45,545 nucleotides of DNA from Pseudomonadota bacterium (GCA_023391905.1 JAEWAD010000382.1:1-45545), one strand, 5' to 3'; shown: positions 10,426 through 22,095, counted from the first letter of the stretch. Numbers and translations are program-made. Notes: generated from the sequence alone by a model not told the origin.

Positions 10426-10950
10426 ATGGAGTTCGGCATGAGAGATCGGCGCTTGGCATGCAGCCCAATCGTTCGGCGCGCCAGTGTCGGCATGCTGGCC
10501 GCGCTCGCAATTGTTTCGATGGCGGGTTGCAGCAAGGTCACCGGCGATGGCGGCCTGGGCGGCCTGAACGAGACGTATAATTCCGGTTATGTCCCCCCGC
10601 CGAACGCCGTCGAGCAGGTCCCCATCGGCGCCAGCCGCGAACAGGTGCAGATCGTGCTCGGCTCGCCATCCACGACCGCAGAGTATGATGGCGAGGTGTA
10701 TTACTACATCAGCCAGACGCGGAAGCGCCCGGTCGCCTTCATGAACCGCAAAGTCGTCGACCAGAAGATTCTGGCCATCTATTTCAACAAGAAGAACGAA
10801 GTCGACAAGGTTGCCAACTACGGCATCCAGGACGGCAAGATCTTCGATTACGTCAGCCAGACGACGCCGACCGGCGGCAAGGACCAGGGCTTCCTCGAGC
10901 AGGTCCTGACCGGCACTGTCGGCATGGGCACCAATCCGTTCGGCACCTGA
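10426..10950 (+). CDS. bamE: Outer membrane protein assembly factor BamE (lipoprotein)
   Basis: Lipobox MAGC; GASREQVQIVLGSPST..YYYIS; TPTGG motif. Confidence 0.9.
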   Translation: MEFGMRDRRLACSPIVRRASVGMLAALAIVSMAGCSKVTGDGGLGGLNETYNSGYVPPPNAVEQVPIGASREQVQIVLGSPSTTAEYDGEVYYYISQTRKRPVAFMNRKVVDQKILAIYFNKKNEVDKVANYGIQDGKIFDYVSQTTPTGGKDQGFLEQVLTGTVGMGTNPFGT

Positions 10951-10974
10951 TCCGAGACGGAATTCCAAGAATCA

Positions 10975-11011
10975 AGAGGCCCTCCCGGCGGAATACCGGG
11001 AGGGCCTTTTT
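10975..11011. terminator. Intrinsic terminator between convergent bamE and hppA
   Basis: AGGCCCTCCCGG-loop-CCGGGAGGGCCT followed by a T tract. Confidence 0.85.
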
Positions 11012-11034
11012 CGTTTGGCGCGTCAGGCCCAAGA

Positions 11035-13182
11035 TTACTGCGCCAGGACGGCAAGCAGCAGCAGCGCGACGATGTTGGTGATCTTGATCGCCGGATTGAC
11101 GGCCGGACCGGCCGTGTCCTTGTAGGGGTCGCCGACGGTATCACCGGTCACCGAAGCCTTGTGCGCGTCGGAACCCTTGTGATGGATCTGGCCGTTGGCA
11201 TCGGTGAAGCCGTCCTCGAACGACTTCTTGGCGTTGTCCCAGGCGCCACCACCCGAAGTCATCGAAATCGCCACGAAGAGGCCGGTGACGATGACGCCGA
11301 GCAGCATGGCGCCGACGGTCGAGAAGGCCTCGCTCTTGCCCGCGATCCAGTGGATCAGGAAATAGACGACAATCGGGGCCAGAACCGGCAGCAGCGACGG
11401 CACCACCATTTCCTTGATCGCCGCCTTGGTCAGGATGTCGACCGCGCGGCCATAATCGGGCTTCTCGGTCCCCTGCATAATGCCGGGCTTCTCGCGGAAC
11501 TGGCGCCGCACCTCCTCGACGATCGAGCCTGCCGCCCGTCCTACGGCGGTCATGGTGATGCCACCGAAGAGGTAGGGAATCAGACCACCCAGCAACAGGC
11601 CCACCACGACATAGGGATTGGAGAGGGTGAAATCGGGCACGACGCCCTTGAAGTACTGGAACGCCGTCGCCCCCTCCTTGTTCGCCTCGGCGATGAAGTG
11701 CGTCAGGTCATAGTTGTAGGCGGCGAACAGGACGAGCGCGCCGAGGCCGGCCGAACCGATCGCATAACCCTTGGTGACCGCCTTGGTCGTGTTGCCGACC
11801 GCGTCGAGTGCGTCGGTCGACTTGCGGACTTCCTTGGGCAGGCCCGCCATCTCGGCAATGCCACCGGCGTTGTCCGTCACCGGGCCGAAGGCGTCGAGCG
11901 CCACCACCATTCCGGCGAGGCCAAGCATGGTCGAAACCGCTACCGCCGTGCCGAAGAGGCCGGCAAGCGCGTAGGTCGAGATGATGCCCACCACGATGAC
12001 GAGTGTCGGCAGCGCGGTGGCCTCGAGCGAGACGGCCAGGCCCTGGATCACGTTGGTGCCGTGGCCGGTGACCGAGGCCTGCGAGATCGACCGGACGGGC
12101 CGATAGCCGATGCCGGTGTAGTATTCGGTGATCCAGACGATCAGCCCGGTCACGACGAGGCCGATGACGCCGCAGATGAAGAGGCTGGTTCCGGTGATGG
12201 CGGTTCCGGCCACCGTGCCGATTTCCCCCCAGCCGATCAGCAGCTGCGTCGCCACCGCGAGGCCGACCACCGACAACGCCGCCGACGCGATGAAGCCCTT
12301 GTAGAGCGCGCCCATGATCGACTGGTTGGCGCCGAGCTTGACGAAGAACGTGCCGGCGATCGAGGTCAGGATGCAGGCCGCGCCGATGCCGAGCGGATAG
12401 AGCATGATGCTGCCAAAGGCCGGCGATGCCGCGAAGAAGATCGCCGCCAGCACCATGGTCGCCACCACGGTCACGACATAGGTTTCGAACAGGTCCGCCG
12501 CCATGCCGGCGCAGTCGCCGACATTATCGCCGACATTGTCGGCGATCGTGGCCGGATTGCGCGGATCATCCTCGGGAATGCCGGCTTCGACCTTGCCGAC
12601 CAGGTCGCCACCGACGTCGGCACCCTTGGTGAAGATACCGCCGCCGAGACGCGCGAAGATCGAGATCAGCGAGGCGCCGAATCCAAGCGCCACGAGCGCG
12701 TTGACGACGACGCGATCCTCGGGTGAGAAGCCAGCGAAATGCGTCAGGATCAGGTAGTAGCCGGCGACGCCAAGCAGGGCGAGGCCTGCCACGAGCATGC
12801 CGGTGATGGCGCCCGACTTGAACGCAATCTCGAGACCTTCGCCCAGGCTCTTGGTCGCCGCCTGCGCGGTGCGCACATTGGCGCGGACCGACACGTTCAT
12901 GCCGATGAAGCCGGCGAGACCCGACAGGACGGCGCCGATGGCAAAGCCGATCGCGACCGTCAGCGACAGCAGCCAGGCGACGATGACGAAGATGACGACG
13001 CCGACGATGGCGATGGTGGTGTATTGCCGCTTGAGATAGGCGCTGGCGCCCTCCCTGACCGCCGCGGCGATTTCCTGCATGCGCGCGGTGCCCGCATCGG
13101 CCGCGAGGACCGACCGCGTCGCCCATACGCCATAGGCGAGCGCAAGCAACGCACATAGAATTATGAGATAGATCACGTCCAC
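11035..13182 (-). CDS. hppA: Membrane H+-translocating pyrophosphatase, K+-independent type
   Basis: [35 protein letters not shown] (Lys variant), [19 protein letters not shown] with GTG start. Confidence 0.95.
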   Translation of the reverse strand: MDVIYLIILCALLALAYGVWATRSVLAADAGTARMQEIAAAVREGASAYLKRQYTTIAIVGVVIFVIVAWLLSLTVAIGFAIGAVLSGLAGFIGMNVSVRANVRTAQAATKSLGEGLEIAFKSGAITGMLVAGLALLGVAGYYLILTHFAGFSPEDRVVVNALVALGFGASLISIFARLGGGIFTKGADVGGDLVGKVEAGIPEDDPRNPATIADNVGDNVGDCAGMAADLFETYVVTVVATMVLAAIFFAASPAFGSIMLYPLGIGAACILTSIAGTFFVKLGANQSIMGALYKGFIASAALSVVGLAVATQLLIGWGEIGTVAGTAITGTSLFICGVIGLVVTGLIVWITEYYTGIGYRPVRSISQASVTGHGTNVIQGLAVSLEATALPTLVIVVGIISTYALAGLFGTAVAVSTMLGLAGMVVALDAFGPVTDNAGGIAEMAGLPKEVRKSTDALDAVGNTTKAVTKGYAIGSAGLGALVLFAAYNYDLTHFIAEANKEGATAFQYFKGVVPDFTLSNPYVVVGLLLGGLIPYLFGGITMTAVGRAAGSIVEEVRRQFREKPGIMQGTEKPDYGRAVDILTKAAIKEMVVPSLLPVLAPIVVYFLIHWIAGKSEAFSTVGAMLLGVIVTGLFVAISMTSGGGAWDNAKKSFEDGFTDANGQIHHKGSDAHKASVTGDTVGDPYKDTAGPAVNPAIKITNIVALLLLAVLAQ

Positions 13183-13316
13183 ATTCCTCCTCTGGCCGGC
13201 CTTGTTACGGCCGCCCGAGGACGCCGCGCCGGCTGAACCGTGCGGCGGGAAAGAGCAACGTTCCTCCCAGCAATTCCCCCCCGTCAGGACGAGTTGAGAA
13301 CGGCTTTACGCGCGGG

Positions 13317-14552
13317 TCAAGCCTCCTCCCCGCGCGGGCTGCGGCGCATCAGAAAGGCCCATGCGAGCGCCAGCAGGGCGACGATGACGACGGGGAAGAC
13401 GATCATGTTGATGAATGCCCAACCGGGCCCGCCGATCAGCTTGCCGGAGAGCAGCGATGCGACAGCCGCCGACCCTAAGACGAGGAAATCATTGAGACCC
13501 TGCACCCTGCCCCGCTCCTCGGGACGGTAGGTATCGCCCAGCATGGCGGTGGCGCCGATGAAGGCGAGGTTCCAGCCGAGCCCGAGCAGGATCAGCGTGA
13601 TCCAGAAATGCGCCAGCGAAAGACCCGACAGCCCGACAAGCGCGCAACCCGTCAGCAGAGCCAGACCCGCGATGACGATTCGTTCCTTGCCGAATCGAAC
13701 GATCAGCCGGCCTGTGAAGAAGCTCGGTCCGAACATCGCCAGCACGTGCCACTGGATGCCGAGCGCCGCGTCGCTCTGGCTGAGCCCGCAGCCGACCATG
13801 GCGAGCGGCGCCGCCGTCATCACGAGCGTCATCATCGCATAGGCCGCGATGCCGCAGATCACCGCCGCGATGAAGCGAGGCTGGCGCGCGATGACGCCGA
13901 GCGGCCGCCCCTTCGCCGCATGATGATCCGTCTCGACCGGGCGAGGCGGCGCGACGTCGCGCACGAGGCTGGCAATCAGCAGCCCGAGGCAACCGAGCCC
14001 GGCGGCCGCCAGGAAGGTGCCCGCGAAGGCGATCGGGCTCAGCCAGCCATTCGTCAGGATGACCGTCTGCGGACCGATGATGGCCGAGAAGATGCCGCCG
14101 GCCATCACGAGCGACATCGCCTTGGTGCGAACGGGCTGGCTGCCGGCGTCAATCGCGGCGAAGCGATACTGCTGGTTGAAGGCGCCGGACATGCCGATGA
14201 GGAACAGCGAGACGGCAAACAGCCAGAACTGCCCCTGCATGAGCGCGAACGTCGCCAGAAGGCCACCCGCGATCGCCGGCGCGGCGCCGATAACGAACCC
14301 CTTCCGGCGACCGATGCGGCTCATCAGGATCGCGGCAGGGATCGTGGTCAGCGCGGATCCGACGGTCGATGCGGTCACCGGCAGCGTCGCCAGCGACTTG
14401 TCCGGCCCGAGCAGGTAGGCGCCCGCCAGGCCGCCCAGCGTCACCGCGATCGGCAGGATGGAGCCGTTGACCGCGTTGGCCGACATCAGAACGACGGCGT
14501 TGCGACGTACCTGCCGGTCGAGTTCGAACGAATTCTCGCTGTCCAAGATCAT
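13317..14552 (-). CDS. MFS transporter
   Basis: About 12 hydrophobic segments; RIGRRKGF loop, QYRFAA, IQWHVLAMFGPSFFTG. Confidence 0.88.
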   Translation of the reverse strand: MILDSENSFELDRQVRRNAVVLMSANAVNGSILPIAVTLGGLAGAYLLGPDKSLATLPVTASTVGSALTTIPAAILMSRIGRRKGFVIGAAPAIAGGLLATFALMQGQFWLFAVSLFLIGMSGAFNQQYRFAAIDAGSQPVRTKAMSLVMAGGIFSAIIGPQTVILTNGWLSPIAFAGTFLAAAGLGCLGLLIASLVRDVAPPRPVETDHHAAKGRPLGVIARQPRFIAAVICGIAAYAMMTLVMTAAPLAMVGCGLSQSDAALGIQWHVLAMFGPSFFTGRLIVRFGKERIVIAGLALLTGCALVGLSGLSLAHFWITLILLGLGWNLAFIGATAMLGDTYRPEERGRVQGLNDFLVLGSAAVASLLSGKLIGGPGWAFINMIVFPVVIVALLALAWAFLMRRSPRGEEA

Positions 14553-14620
14553 CCTCCTGCGGCCGGCCAGACTCGGCGTTCCGCATGCAGAGGCATCGTT
14601 AGCAGAAAATTTTGCTCCGA

Positions 14621-15616
14621 TCAGAAGTGATCGTGGGAAGCACGACCCAGCGCGACCGGATTCCCGTCCAGGCCCAGCACCACGGGGGCGCCCTCGCCCG
14701 CCACGATGCGACCGATGACGGTCACCGGTATGCCGGCGTCTTTCGCGGCCGCCACGTAGCCCGGCAAGGCCTCCGGAGGCAGCGTCACCAGGATCTCGTA
14801 GTCGTCGCCACCGGCCAGGACCGTCGCAAGAGCCGTCGGATCCGCCTCGACGACCGAGCGGGCGGCGCTCGAAAGCGGGAGCCGAGCGGCTTCGACGACA
14901 GCGGAGACGCCGGACGTGCGCGTGACGTGGCCGAGATCGCCAACGAGACCGTCGGAGATGTCGAGCGAGGCATGCGCGAAGCCGCGCACCGCCCCGGCGA
15001 GGCCAAGGCGCGGCTGGGGATGCAGGTAGCGGTCGAGCAGATGCTCCGCCTCTCCGCCTGCGGCCTCGGTGGCGAGCGTTCCAAGGCGAAGGCGCAGGCC
15101 GAGCGCCGCGTCGCCGATCGTGCCCGAGACGACGATGAGGTCGCCTGCCCGCGCGCCGGCGCGTCGCACGATGGTGCCGGCAGGCACCTGTCCGATCGCC
15201 GTCACCGACAGCATCAGACCATCCGGCGACTTGACCGTATCGCCGCCAAGCAGCGGAATGCCGTAGCGCTTCTGATCCTCGGCCAGTCCGGCCGAGAACT
15301 CGGCCATCCAGTCCTCGGTCCAGTCGGCCGGCAGCGCCAGCCCCAGCAGATAGCCGACGGGCGTGGCTCCCTTGGCCGCCAGATCGGAAAGATTGACGCG
15401 CAGCGCCTTTCGCGCGATCGAGGCCGGCGGATCCTGCGCGAAGAAATGAACCCCGGCCGCGACCATGTCCTTCGTGAAGACGAGGTCGAAACCCGGCTCG
15501 GGGCTCAGCGACGCGGCATCGTCCGTGAGACCGAACGCACCGGGATCATCCGCCAATGGCCGCAGATAGCGGGCGATCATCCCGAACTCGCCGGGCCGTT
15601 CACGCCGCTCCGCCAT
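14621..15616 (-). CDS. thiL: Thiamine-phosphate kinase
   Basis: GEF, DDAA, GVHF, VNLSDLAAKGA.P, GGDT, DISDGL, GGDDYE; ATG at 15616. Confidence 0.94.
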   Translation of the reverse strand: MAERRERPGEFGMIARYLRPLADDPGAFGLTDDAASLSPEPGFDLVFTKDMVAAGVHFFAQDPPASIARKALRVNLSDLAAKGATPVGYLLGLALPADWTEDWMAEFSAGLAEDQKRYGIPLLGGDTVKSPDGLMLSVTAIGQVPAGTIVRRAGARAGDLIVVSGTIGDAALGLRLRLGTLATEAAGGEAEHLLDRYLHPQPRLGLAGAVRGFAHASLDISDGLVGDLGHVTRTSGVSAVVEAARLPLSSAARSVVEADPTALATVLAGGDDYEILVTLPPEALPGYVAAAKDAGIPVTVIGRIVAGEGAPVVLGLDGNPVALGRASHDHF

Positions 15617-15617
15617 G

Positions 15618-16139
15618 TCAGTCCTTATCGCCGGTCGGCGCGGAGCCGAACTCCTCGCTGCGCAGCCTGCGGGCGATCGTGTCCAGCACGCCGTTGACGA
15701 CGCGCGGCTCGTCACCGCCGGGGAAGAAGGCGCTGGCGATGTCGACATACTCGGTGATGACGACCTTGGCCGGAACGTCCCGGCGGGCCATCAGCTCATA
15801 TGCACCGCAGCGCAGGATGGCGCGCAGCGTCACGTCGATGCGCTTCAGCGGCCAGTCGGCCGCCAGCGAGACGTGGATCGCCGGATCGAGATTGCGCTGC
15901 TCGCGCACCACGCCGGCGATGATATCGCGGAAGAAGGCCGCGTCGGCATCGCGATACTGCTCGCCGTCCAGCTCCTTGCCGAGGCGGAAATTCTCGAACT
16001 CGGCAACAACCTCGGTCAGCGAGGCACCGCCGACGTCGAGCTGGTAGAGCGCCTGCACGGCCGCGAGGCGCGCCGCGCCACGCTGGTTGGCGGGCCGGAA
16101 CGTTCGCGCGGTCGGGGGCGCTTTGTCGGTAGCGGCCAT
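15618..16139 (-). CDS. nusB: Transcription antitermination factor NusB
   Basis: [38 protein letters not shown]. Confidence 0.95.
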   Translation of the reverse strand: MAATDKAPPTARTFRPANQRGAARLAAVQALYQLDVGGASLTEVVAEFENFRLGKELDGEQYRDADAAFFRDIIAGVVREQRNLDPAIHVSLAADWPLKRIDVTLRAILRCGAYELMARRDVPAKVVITEYVDIASAFFPGGDEPRVVNGVLDTIARRLRSEEFGSAPTGDKD

Positions 16140-16140
16140 C

Positions 16141-16593
16141 TCAGAGGCCGAACTTGTTGCGAAGCGCGATCATGGCGAGCGCGGCTTCGGCGGCAGCACC
16201 GCCCTTGTTCTTCTCGCCGACGCGGGCGCGAGCATAGGCCTGCGCGTCGTTCTCGACGGTCAGGATGCCGTTGCCGATCGCCAGCGATTCGATGACGGCC
16301 ATGTCCATGATGGCGCGCGCCGACTCATTGGCGACGATGTCGTAGTGGGAGGTCTCGCCGCGGATCACGCAGCCGAGCACGACGAAGCCGTCATAGTTGA
16401 CCTCGTCCTCGTCCATCGCCGCGAGCGCCATTGAGAGCGCGGCGGGGATCTCCAGGACACCCGGCACCGAGATCCGCTCATAGGTCGCACCGGCGGCCTC
16501 GATGGCGCCCTTGGCGCCGTTGAAGAGCTCGTCCGAGATGTCCTCGTAGAAGCGTGCGTCGATGACGAGAAGGTGGGGCGCCGTGTCGGACAT
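16141..16593 (-). CDS. ribH: 6,7-dimethyl-8-ribityllumazine synthase
   Basis: [34 protein letters not shown]. Confidence 0.95.
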   Translation of the reverse strand: MSDTAPHLLVIDARFYEDISDELFNGAKGAIEAAGATYERISVPGVLEIPAALSMALAAMDEDEVNYDGFVVLGCVIRGETSHYDIVANESARAIMDMAVIESLAIGNGILTVENDAQAYARARVGEKNKGGAAAEAALAMIALRNKFGL

Positions 16594-16687
16594 GGTGAAG
16601 CTCTCTCTTTGACCGGTCACCCGATCGGATTGGGCGGCAGGTGAACCATGCGGCCCAGGTGGTGTAAAGGGAAAAGAACGCCGCAGC

Positions 16688-17299
16688 TTACGCGGCTTCG
16701 GTCAGCCGTGCCACATAGCGCGCCATCTGGTCGACTTCGAGGTGGATACGGTCTCCCGCCTTGCGCGCGCCCCAGGTCGTGATCCCTTCGGCCAGGGTGT
16801 GCGGGATCAGCAGAACCGAGAACCGGTCGCCCTCGACCCAGTTCACCGTCAGCGACGTGCCGTCGAGCGCGACCGAGCCCTTGGTGGCAATGAACCGCGA
16901 CAGGCTTTTCGGCGCCTCGAACACGAAGCGGGTCGTCTCGCCGAGGTCCTCGCGACTGACGACCGTCGCGAGACCATCGACATGACCGGACACCATGTGC
17001 CCTCCGAGTTCGTCGCCGATCTTCAGCGCGCGCTCGAGGTTGATTGCCGTGCCGGCCTCCCAGTTGCCGACTTCCGTGAGAGCCAGCGTCTCGGGCGCCG
17101 CCTCGACGTCGAAGCGCGTGCGGCCGTCGGGCTGCGGATCGAGCGCGATGACGGTCAGGCAGACGCCGGCGCAGGCGATCGATGCGCCGATGGCGATCGT
17201 TTCGGCGTCATAGCGGCTGTCGATCGTGATCTTGTTGACGTCGTTGCGACGCTCCACCGCCGTGACCTTGCCGACGTCGGTGATGATGCCCGTGAACAT
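16688..17299 (-). CDS. ribE: Riboflavin synthase (alpha chain)
   Basis: MFTGII N-terminus, [41 protein letters not shown]. Confidence 0.95.
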   Translation of the reverse strand: MFTGIITDVGKVTAVERRNDVNKITIDSRYDAETIAIGASIACAGVCLTVIALDPQPDGRTRFDVEAAPETLALTEVGNWEAGTAINLERALKIGDELGGHMVSGHVDGLATVVSREDLGETTRFVFEAPKSLSRFIATKGSVALDGTSLTVNWVEGDRFSVLLIPHTLAEGITTWGARKAGDRIHLEVDQMARYVARLTEAA

Positions 17300-17301
17300 G
17301 C

Positions 17302-18423
17302 TCAGACTGACCTTTCATAACGAACCATGCGGTCTTCGCCGAGGCGCGCTTCCTCGACGCGGCGGAAGCGCGGACTGCGCTCGATCGCGGAGAGGGCCCC
17401 GCCGGCGAGTGCCCGCACGCCGTCCGGCCCGACCACGACCGGCGCGTGAAACAGAACGACCTCGTCGAGCAGGCCGCGATGCAGCAGCGACACGGCGACC
17501 TTGGCGCCGCCCTCGACGAGAAGGCGCGTCACGCCGCGCTCCGCCAGAACCCGCAACGCCGCCTCGATGTCGACGCCGCCGGAACCCGTTCCGACCGTGA
17601 GAACGTCGACGCCACAGGCGAGAAGCTTCTCGCGGTTGACGAGCGGCGCCTCCATCGCGGAGACCACCCAGAGCGCTGTGTCTCCGGCGCCCTTCACCAG
17701 GGAAGATGCGGGCGACAGCCGCGCCTGCGTATCCAGCACGATGCGGATGGGCGAATGGGCCCGAAGTCCGGGAACCCGAACCGTGAGGCTCGGGTCGTCG
17801 ACGAGCGCCGTGCCGATGCCGATCAAAGTGGCGTCGGCCTCGATACGCATAGTCTGCAGCCGAGCGAAAGCCTCGCGTCCCGATACCAGCATCCGCTCGC
17901 CCGCCACACGACCGATCATGCCGTCGGCCGAAACCGCGAGCTTCAGCGTCACATGCGGGCGCCCCGCCGCCAGGACGGTAACATGGCCCGCGTGCTGGCG
18001 CCGCGCCTCGTCGCCGAGCACACCGTTCGTAACGGTGATGCCCGCGTCGCGCATCAGGGCATGTCCCCGCCCCTGCAGCCGCGGATCCGGATTGTCCATG
18101 GCGCTGACGACACGGGAAACGCCGGCGGAAATCAGCGCCTGCGCCGAATCCGGCGACGGCTCCATCGTGGTGAATACGGTCGCGCCGCGGGTTTCGTCCT
18201 GCGCCGCCTGGAGGGCGACCGGCTCTGCATGGGGCGCGCCGCCCGGCCCGGTCGCGCCCCGACCGACTACAATCGGTCCGTCAGGCGTATCGCGAATGAC
18301 GAGCGTTCCGACCGAGGGAGCCGGCGCGGTCGAGCCGAGATTGCGCCGGCCATAGCGCAGCGCAACCGCCATCAGCCGACGGTCCATCTCCGAATCGACG
18401 CTCGCAGTCGGCGTTGTCGCCAT
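17302..18423 (-). CDS. ribD: RibD-family deaminase/reductase; deaminase zinc site degenerate
   Basis: HAE motif and reductase motifs (TLKLAVSADG, GIGT..DDPSLTVR, LLVEGG); EPC..C replaced by EPSPDS. Confidence 0.9.
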   Translation of the reverse strand: MATTPTASVDSEMDRRLMAVALRYGRRNLGSTAPAPSVGTLVIRDTPDGPIVVGRGATGPGGAPHAEPVALQAAQDETRGATVFTTMEPSPDSAQALISAGVSRVVSAMDNPDPRLQGRGHALMRDAGITVTNGVLGDEARRQHAGHVTVLAAGRPHVTLKLAVSADGMIGRVAGERMLVSGREAFARLQTMRIEADATLIGIGTALVDDPSLTVRVPGLRAHSPIRIVLDTQARLSPASSLVKGAGDTALWVVSAMEAPLVNREKLLACGVDVLTVGTGSGGVDIEAALRVLAERGVTRLLVEGGAKVAVSLLHRGLLDEVVLFHAPVVVGPDGVRALAGGALSAIERSPRFRRVEEARLGEDRMVRYERSV

Positions 18424-18473
18424 CCGAAACCCCGCAGATCCGGTGACGCGGCGCAGAACGCCGCGTCACGGCT

Positions 18474-18953
18474 TCAATCGCGTGTGTCGACCTCGGCCAC
18501 GTCCTGAGCCGAAAGCTCATCGAGAACGGTCGAGAAGTCCTTCGCTTCGCGGAAGTTGCGATAGACGGAAGCAAAGCGGACATAGGCGACGTCATCGAGA
18601 CCCTTCAGGGCCTCCATGACATAGACGCCGATCTGCTCGGCGTTGATTTCGCTCTCGCCGCTGCTTTCGAGCTGGCGCACGACCCCGTTGATCATCCGCT
18701 CGACGCGGTCGGGATCGACCGGCCGCTTGCGCAGCGCGACCTGGACCGACCGCATCAGCTTGTCCCGATCGAAGGGAACCCGCCGCCCGCTCTTCTTCAC
18801 GACCGTCAACTCGCGCAACTGAATGCGCTCGAAGGTCGTGAACCGACCGCCGCAATCCGCGCAGACCCGGCGCCGCCGGATGGACGTATTGTCCTCCGAC
18901 GGGCGGGAGTCCTTCACCTGCGTATCGTCGCTGCCGCAATAAGGACAACGCAT
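18474..18953 (-). CDS. nrdR: Transcriptional repressor NrdR
   Basis: MRCPYC..VKDSR..RRRRVC..C..RFTTFE zinc ribbon, ATP cone, [11 protein letters not shown]. Confidence 0.97.
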   Translation of the reverse strand: MRCPYCGSDDTQVKDSRPSEDNTSIRRRRVCADCGGRFTTFERIQLRELTVVKKSGRRVPFDRDKLMRSVQVALRKRPVDPDRVERMINGVVRQLESSGESEINAEQIGVYVMEALKGLDDVAYVRFASVYRNFREAKDFSTVLDELSAQDVAEVDTRD

Positions 18954-18965
18954 GGCCTGTTCCGA

Positions 18966-20273
18966 TCAGGAGTAAATCGGGAAGCGCGCGGTCAGCGCGT
19001 GGACGCGTTCCTTGACCGAGGCCTCGACGAGCGGGGCCGAGCCGTCTTCCGACTGCGACACGGCGCTCAGGACTTCGGCGATCAGTCGGCCGACCTCCTG
19101 GAACTCCGCGACGCCGAAGCCGCGCGTCGTGGCGGCCGGCGTGCCGAGGCGGATGCCGGACGTGACGAAGGGCTTCTCCGGATCATACGGAATGCCGTTC
19201 TTGTTGCAGGTCAGGCCGGCGCGGACGAGTGCCTTCTCCGACACGTTGCCCTTCACCTGCTTGGGACGCAGGTCGACGAGCATCAGGTGGTTGTCGGTGC
19301 CGCCCGAAACGATGTCGAAGCCGGTGCTCTTGAGGGTTTCCGCAAGCGCACGAGCATTTTCGACGACGTTGTTCGCGTAGAGCTTGAAGTCTGGGCGCAG
19401 CGCCTCGGCGAAGGCAACCGCCTTGGCCGCGATCACGTGCATCAGCGGACCGCCCTGCAGGCCGGGGAACACGGCCGAGTTGATCTTCTTGGCGATCGCC
19501 TCGTCGTTGGTCAGGATCATGCCGCCGCGCGGGCCGCGCAGCGACTTGTGCGTCGTCGTCGTGACGACATGCGCATGCGGCAGCGGCGACGGGTGCGCGC
19601 CACCGGCGACGAGACCGGCGAAGTGCGCCATGTCGACCATCAGGTAGGCGCCGACCGAATCCGCGATCTCGCGAAAGCGCTTGAAATCCCAGATGCGGGA
19701 ATAGGCGGTGCCGCCGGCGATGATCAGCTTCGGCTTCGTCTCCTCGGCGATGCGCTGGATCTCTTCATAGTCGAGGAGCTGGTCCTCGCGGCGCACGCCA
19801 TAGGGCGCCACGTTGAACCACTTGCCCGACATGTTGACCTGCGAGCCGTGGGTCAGGTGACCGCCCGCGGCGAGGTCGAGGCCCATGAAGGTGTCGCCCG
19901 GCTGCAGCAGCGCGAGGAAGACGGCCTGGTTCATCTGGCTGCCGGAATTCGGCTGGACGTTGACGAACTCGCAGCCGAACAGCTTCTTGGCGCGCTCGAT
20001 GGCGAGCGTCTCGACGATGTCGACGAACTCGCAGCCGCCGTAATAGCGCTTGCCCGGATAGCCCTCCGCATACTTGTTCGTCAGCACCGAACCCTGCGCC
20101 TCGAGAACAGCGCGCGAGACGATGTTCTCCGATGCGATCAGTTCGATTTCATGCTGCTGGCGACCGAGCTCCTTGCCGATGGCATCGGCGATTTCCGGAT
20201 CGGCCTCGGCGAGGGTCCGGTTGAAGAAGGCGGAGGTCGAGGAAAGGCTGTCGGCGCGATCCGTCAGAGACAT
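18966..20273 (-). CDS. glyA: Serine hydroxymethyltransferase
   Basis: [35 protein letters not shown] (PLP Lys); start 20273 or 20285. Confidence 0.97.
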   Translation of the reverse strand: MSLTDRADSLSSTSAFFNRTLAEADPEIADAIGKELGRQQHEIELIASENIVSRAVLEAQGSVLTNKYAEGYPGKRYYGGCEFVDIVETLAIERAKKLFGCEFVNVQPNSGSQMNQAVFLALLQPGDTFMGLDLAAGGHLTHGSQVNMSGKWFNVAPYGVRREDQLLDYEEIQRIAEETKPKLIIAGGTAYSRIWDFKRFREIADSVGAYLMVDMAHFAGLVAGGAHPSPLPHAHVVTTTTHKSLRGPRGGMILTNDEAIAKKINSAVFPGLQGGPLMHVIAAKAVAFAEALRPDFKLYANNVVENARALAETLKSTGFDIVSGGTDNHLMLVDLRPKQVKGNVSEKALVRAGLTCNKNGIPYDPEKPFVTSGIRLGTPAATTRGFGVAEFQEVGRLIAEVLSAVSQSEDGSAPLVEASVKERVHALTARFPIYS

Positions 20274-20367
20274 GGGGCGGTCCATCCTGTTGTCGGCACC
20301 GGATCGAGCCAGAGAGTCGGCGCGTCCGGAACTCGGGCCACGTACCATATGTGGGGGTAGAGGCCAA

Positions 20368-20428
20368 GAAAAAGGGCCTGATCGGCCCTTCAATTCACGC
20401 TTGCCGTTCCGGGCCACCGGCCCGGAAC
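20368..20428 (-). terminator. Tandem hairpins/terminator after the L,D-transpeptidase gene
   Basis: On the minus strand, GTTCCGGGCC-GGT-GGCCCGGAAC then AAGGGCC-GATCA-GGCCCTT followed by T residues. Confidence 0.7.
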
Positions 20429-20449
20429 GCGCGATCTGGTTTGCGACGG

Positions 20450-21745
20450 CTACTGCAGCGCCAGCTGGCCGATGCCGTCATTGTTGTAGATGTCGTCGCG
20501 GAAATGGGTGACGCCGTCGCCCATCGCCCAGGCGCTGATGTACTGCAGGTAGAGCGGCACTTCCGGCTTCGGATTGACGTGCACCTGCTCGCCCGACTTG
20601 AAGATCTGGTCGATCCGCTCGCGCGGGAAGTCCGGATTGTCGCGCAGCAGCCAGCCGATCACCTGGCGGATGTTCTGCACACGGATGCAGCCCGAGGAAT
20701 CGAAGCGCTCGACGCGGCCGAAGATGTCCTTCTGCGGCGTGTCGTGCATGTAGACCTGCTCGTCGTTGTGGAACGAGATGCGCACGCTGCCGAGCGAATT
20801 GAAATCGCCCGGATCCTGCCGGAACATATAGCCCTTGGTCGCCTGGTCGGTGTTCCAGTCGATCGACTCCGGCGGCACCTCGACGCCAGCCGAATCGTAG
20901 ATGCGAATCTGCTTCTTGGTCAGGTAGTCGGGCGACTTCTGCATCAGCGGGATCAGGTCCTTGCGGATGATCGACGCAGGAACCGTCCAATAGGGGTTGA
21001 AGCTGACGCGATAGATCTTGGTCGCGAGGATCGGCGTCGGACGATCGACCTTCCCGACGACGGCGGTGTGGCGCGAGATAACCCGGCCGCCCTCCACCAC
21101 CTCGATCGCGGCGGCGGGAATGTTGATCATCACGTAGCGATCGCCAAGGAAGCCCGACATCGAGCGCAGGCGAACCAAATTGGTCTGCAGCTGCGCGAGA
21201 CGGACCGCCGCGGGGACGTTCATCATGTTGATGGTCGAGGGGCCCGCAACGCCATCGGCCGGCAGGCCGTGACGAGCCTGGAAACGACGCAGCGCCGCAT
21301 CGACGTAGGAATCGAACGTCTGGGAGTTGCCAGCACCCGCCGCCAGGTCGCCCGTCACCGTCAGGCGCTGGCGCAGGATCACGACGTTCGGATCCTTGTT
21401 GCCGAGGCTGAGCTTCTTGTCGCCGGGGACCACCGGCCAACCGCCGCGCGCGACGATGTCCGTGTAGTTCTGAATGGCGTACTCGGTGGTGGTCGCCGTC
21501 TCGGGCGACAGAATCGGTGCCGATGTCCGGACAGAGGCGGCGCCGCTCGAGGCGGCATCGAACCCGTCGGACCAGTCATTGCTGCGATTCTGCAGAACCT
21601 GGTTGATCGGATCGACTTCCTGGGCGAGCGCGGAAAGCGGCATCGCGACCGAAGCGGCCATGGCGCCGGCGATCGAACGCAGGGCGCCGCGTCGCGTCAT
21701 CGCCGCGGGTGCCGGGAGGAGAAATGTCTTCTTTGATCCGCTCAT
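20450..21745 (-). CDS. L,D-transpeptidase (YcbB/LdtP-like) with peptidoglycan-binding domain, Tat signal
   Basis: TRRGAL Tat motif; [20 protein letters not shown]-binding domain; YMHDTP...SSGCIR catalytic His/Cys. Confidence 0.92.
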   Translation of the reverse strand: MSGSKKTFLLPAPAAMTRRGALRSIAGAMAASVAMPLSALAQEVDPINQVLQNRSNDWSDGFDAASSGAASVRTSAPILSPETATTTEYAIQNYTDIVARGGWPVVPGDKKLSLGNKDPNVVILRQRLTVTGDLAAGAGNSQTFDSYVDAALRRFQARHGLPADGVAGPSTINMMNVPAAVRLAQLQTNLVRLRSMSGFLGDRYVMINIPAAAIEVVEGGRVISRHTAVVGKVDRPTPILATKIYRVSFNPYWTVPASIIRKDLIPLMQKSPDYLTKKQIRIYDSAGVEVPPESIDWNTDQATKGYMFRQDPGDFNSLGSVRISFHNDEQVYMHDTPQKDIFGRVERFDSSGCIRVQNIRQVIGWLLRDNPDFPRERIDQIFKSGEQVHVNPKPEVPLYLQYISAWAMGDGVTHFRDDIYNNDGIGQLALQ

Positions 21746-22066
21746 GACACTACTTCTGGAAGCTCGCTGTAGATGGGCGTCGCGAAATCATCGCCGCCCG
21801 GATTGTCCCTGCGGCTGGCACGCGCCGCGAACTCGTAATCGAACTGCTGGCAGACCCGGCCCGCGACATCGGCAACCGCACGACGTAACGGGCACGCAAC
21901 TCCGGCGCGTGAAAAACACAAACGCCCCCGACTGGCAACATAGCTGAGCCGGCATGCTTCGTTTCCACGCCAGTATGGCGCTTTGATGTCGCACCCTTGC
22001 GCAGCACTCGCCGCAAGATTGAGGCCATCATGGTTACCGGATTCTTTCACCAGCATGACGGCAAAC

Positions 22067-22095
22067 AAAAACCCCGGCCTCGGGCCGGGGTTTTT
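22067..22095. terminator. Intrinsic terminator downstream of ldtR (symmetrical)
   Basis: AAAAACCCCGGCC-TCG-GGCCGGGGTTTTT. Confidence 0.9.

Noticed and set aside
20274..20449. ZMP/ZTP (pfl) or FMN riboswitch upstream of glyA and the rib genes
   Set aside because: No GUGACUGGCG/CGCCUGGG or RFN conserved blocks visible; the hairpins are explained as a terminator
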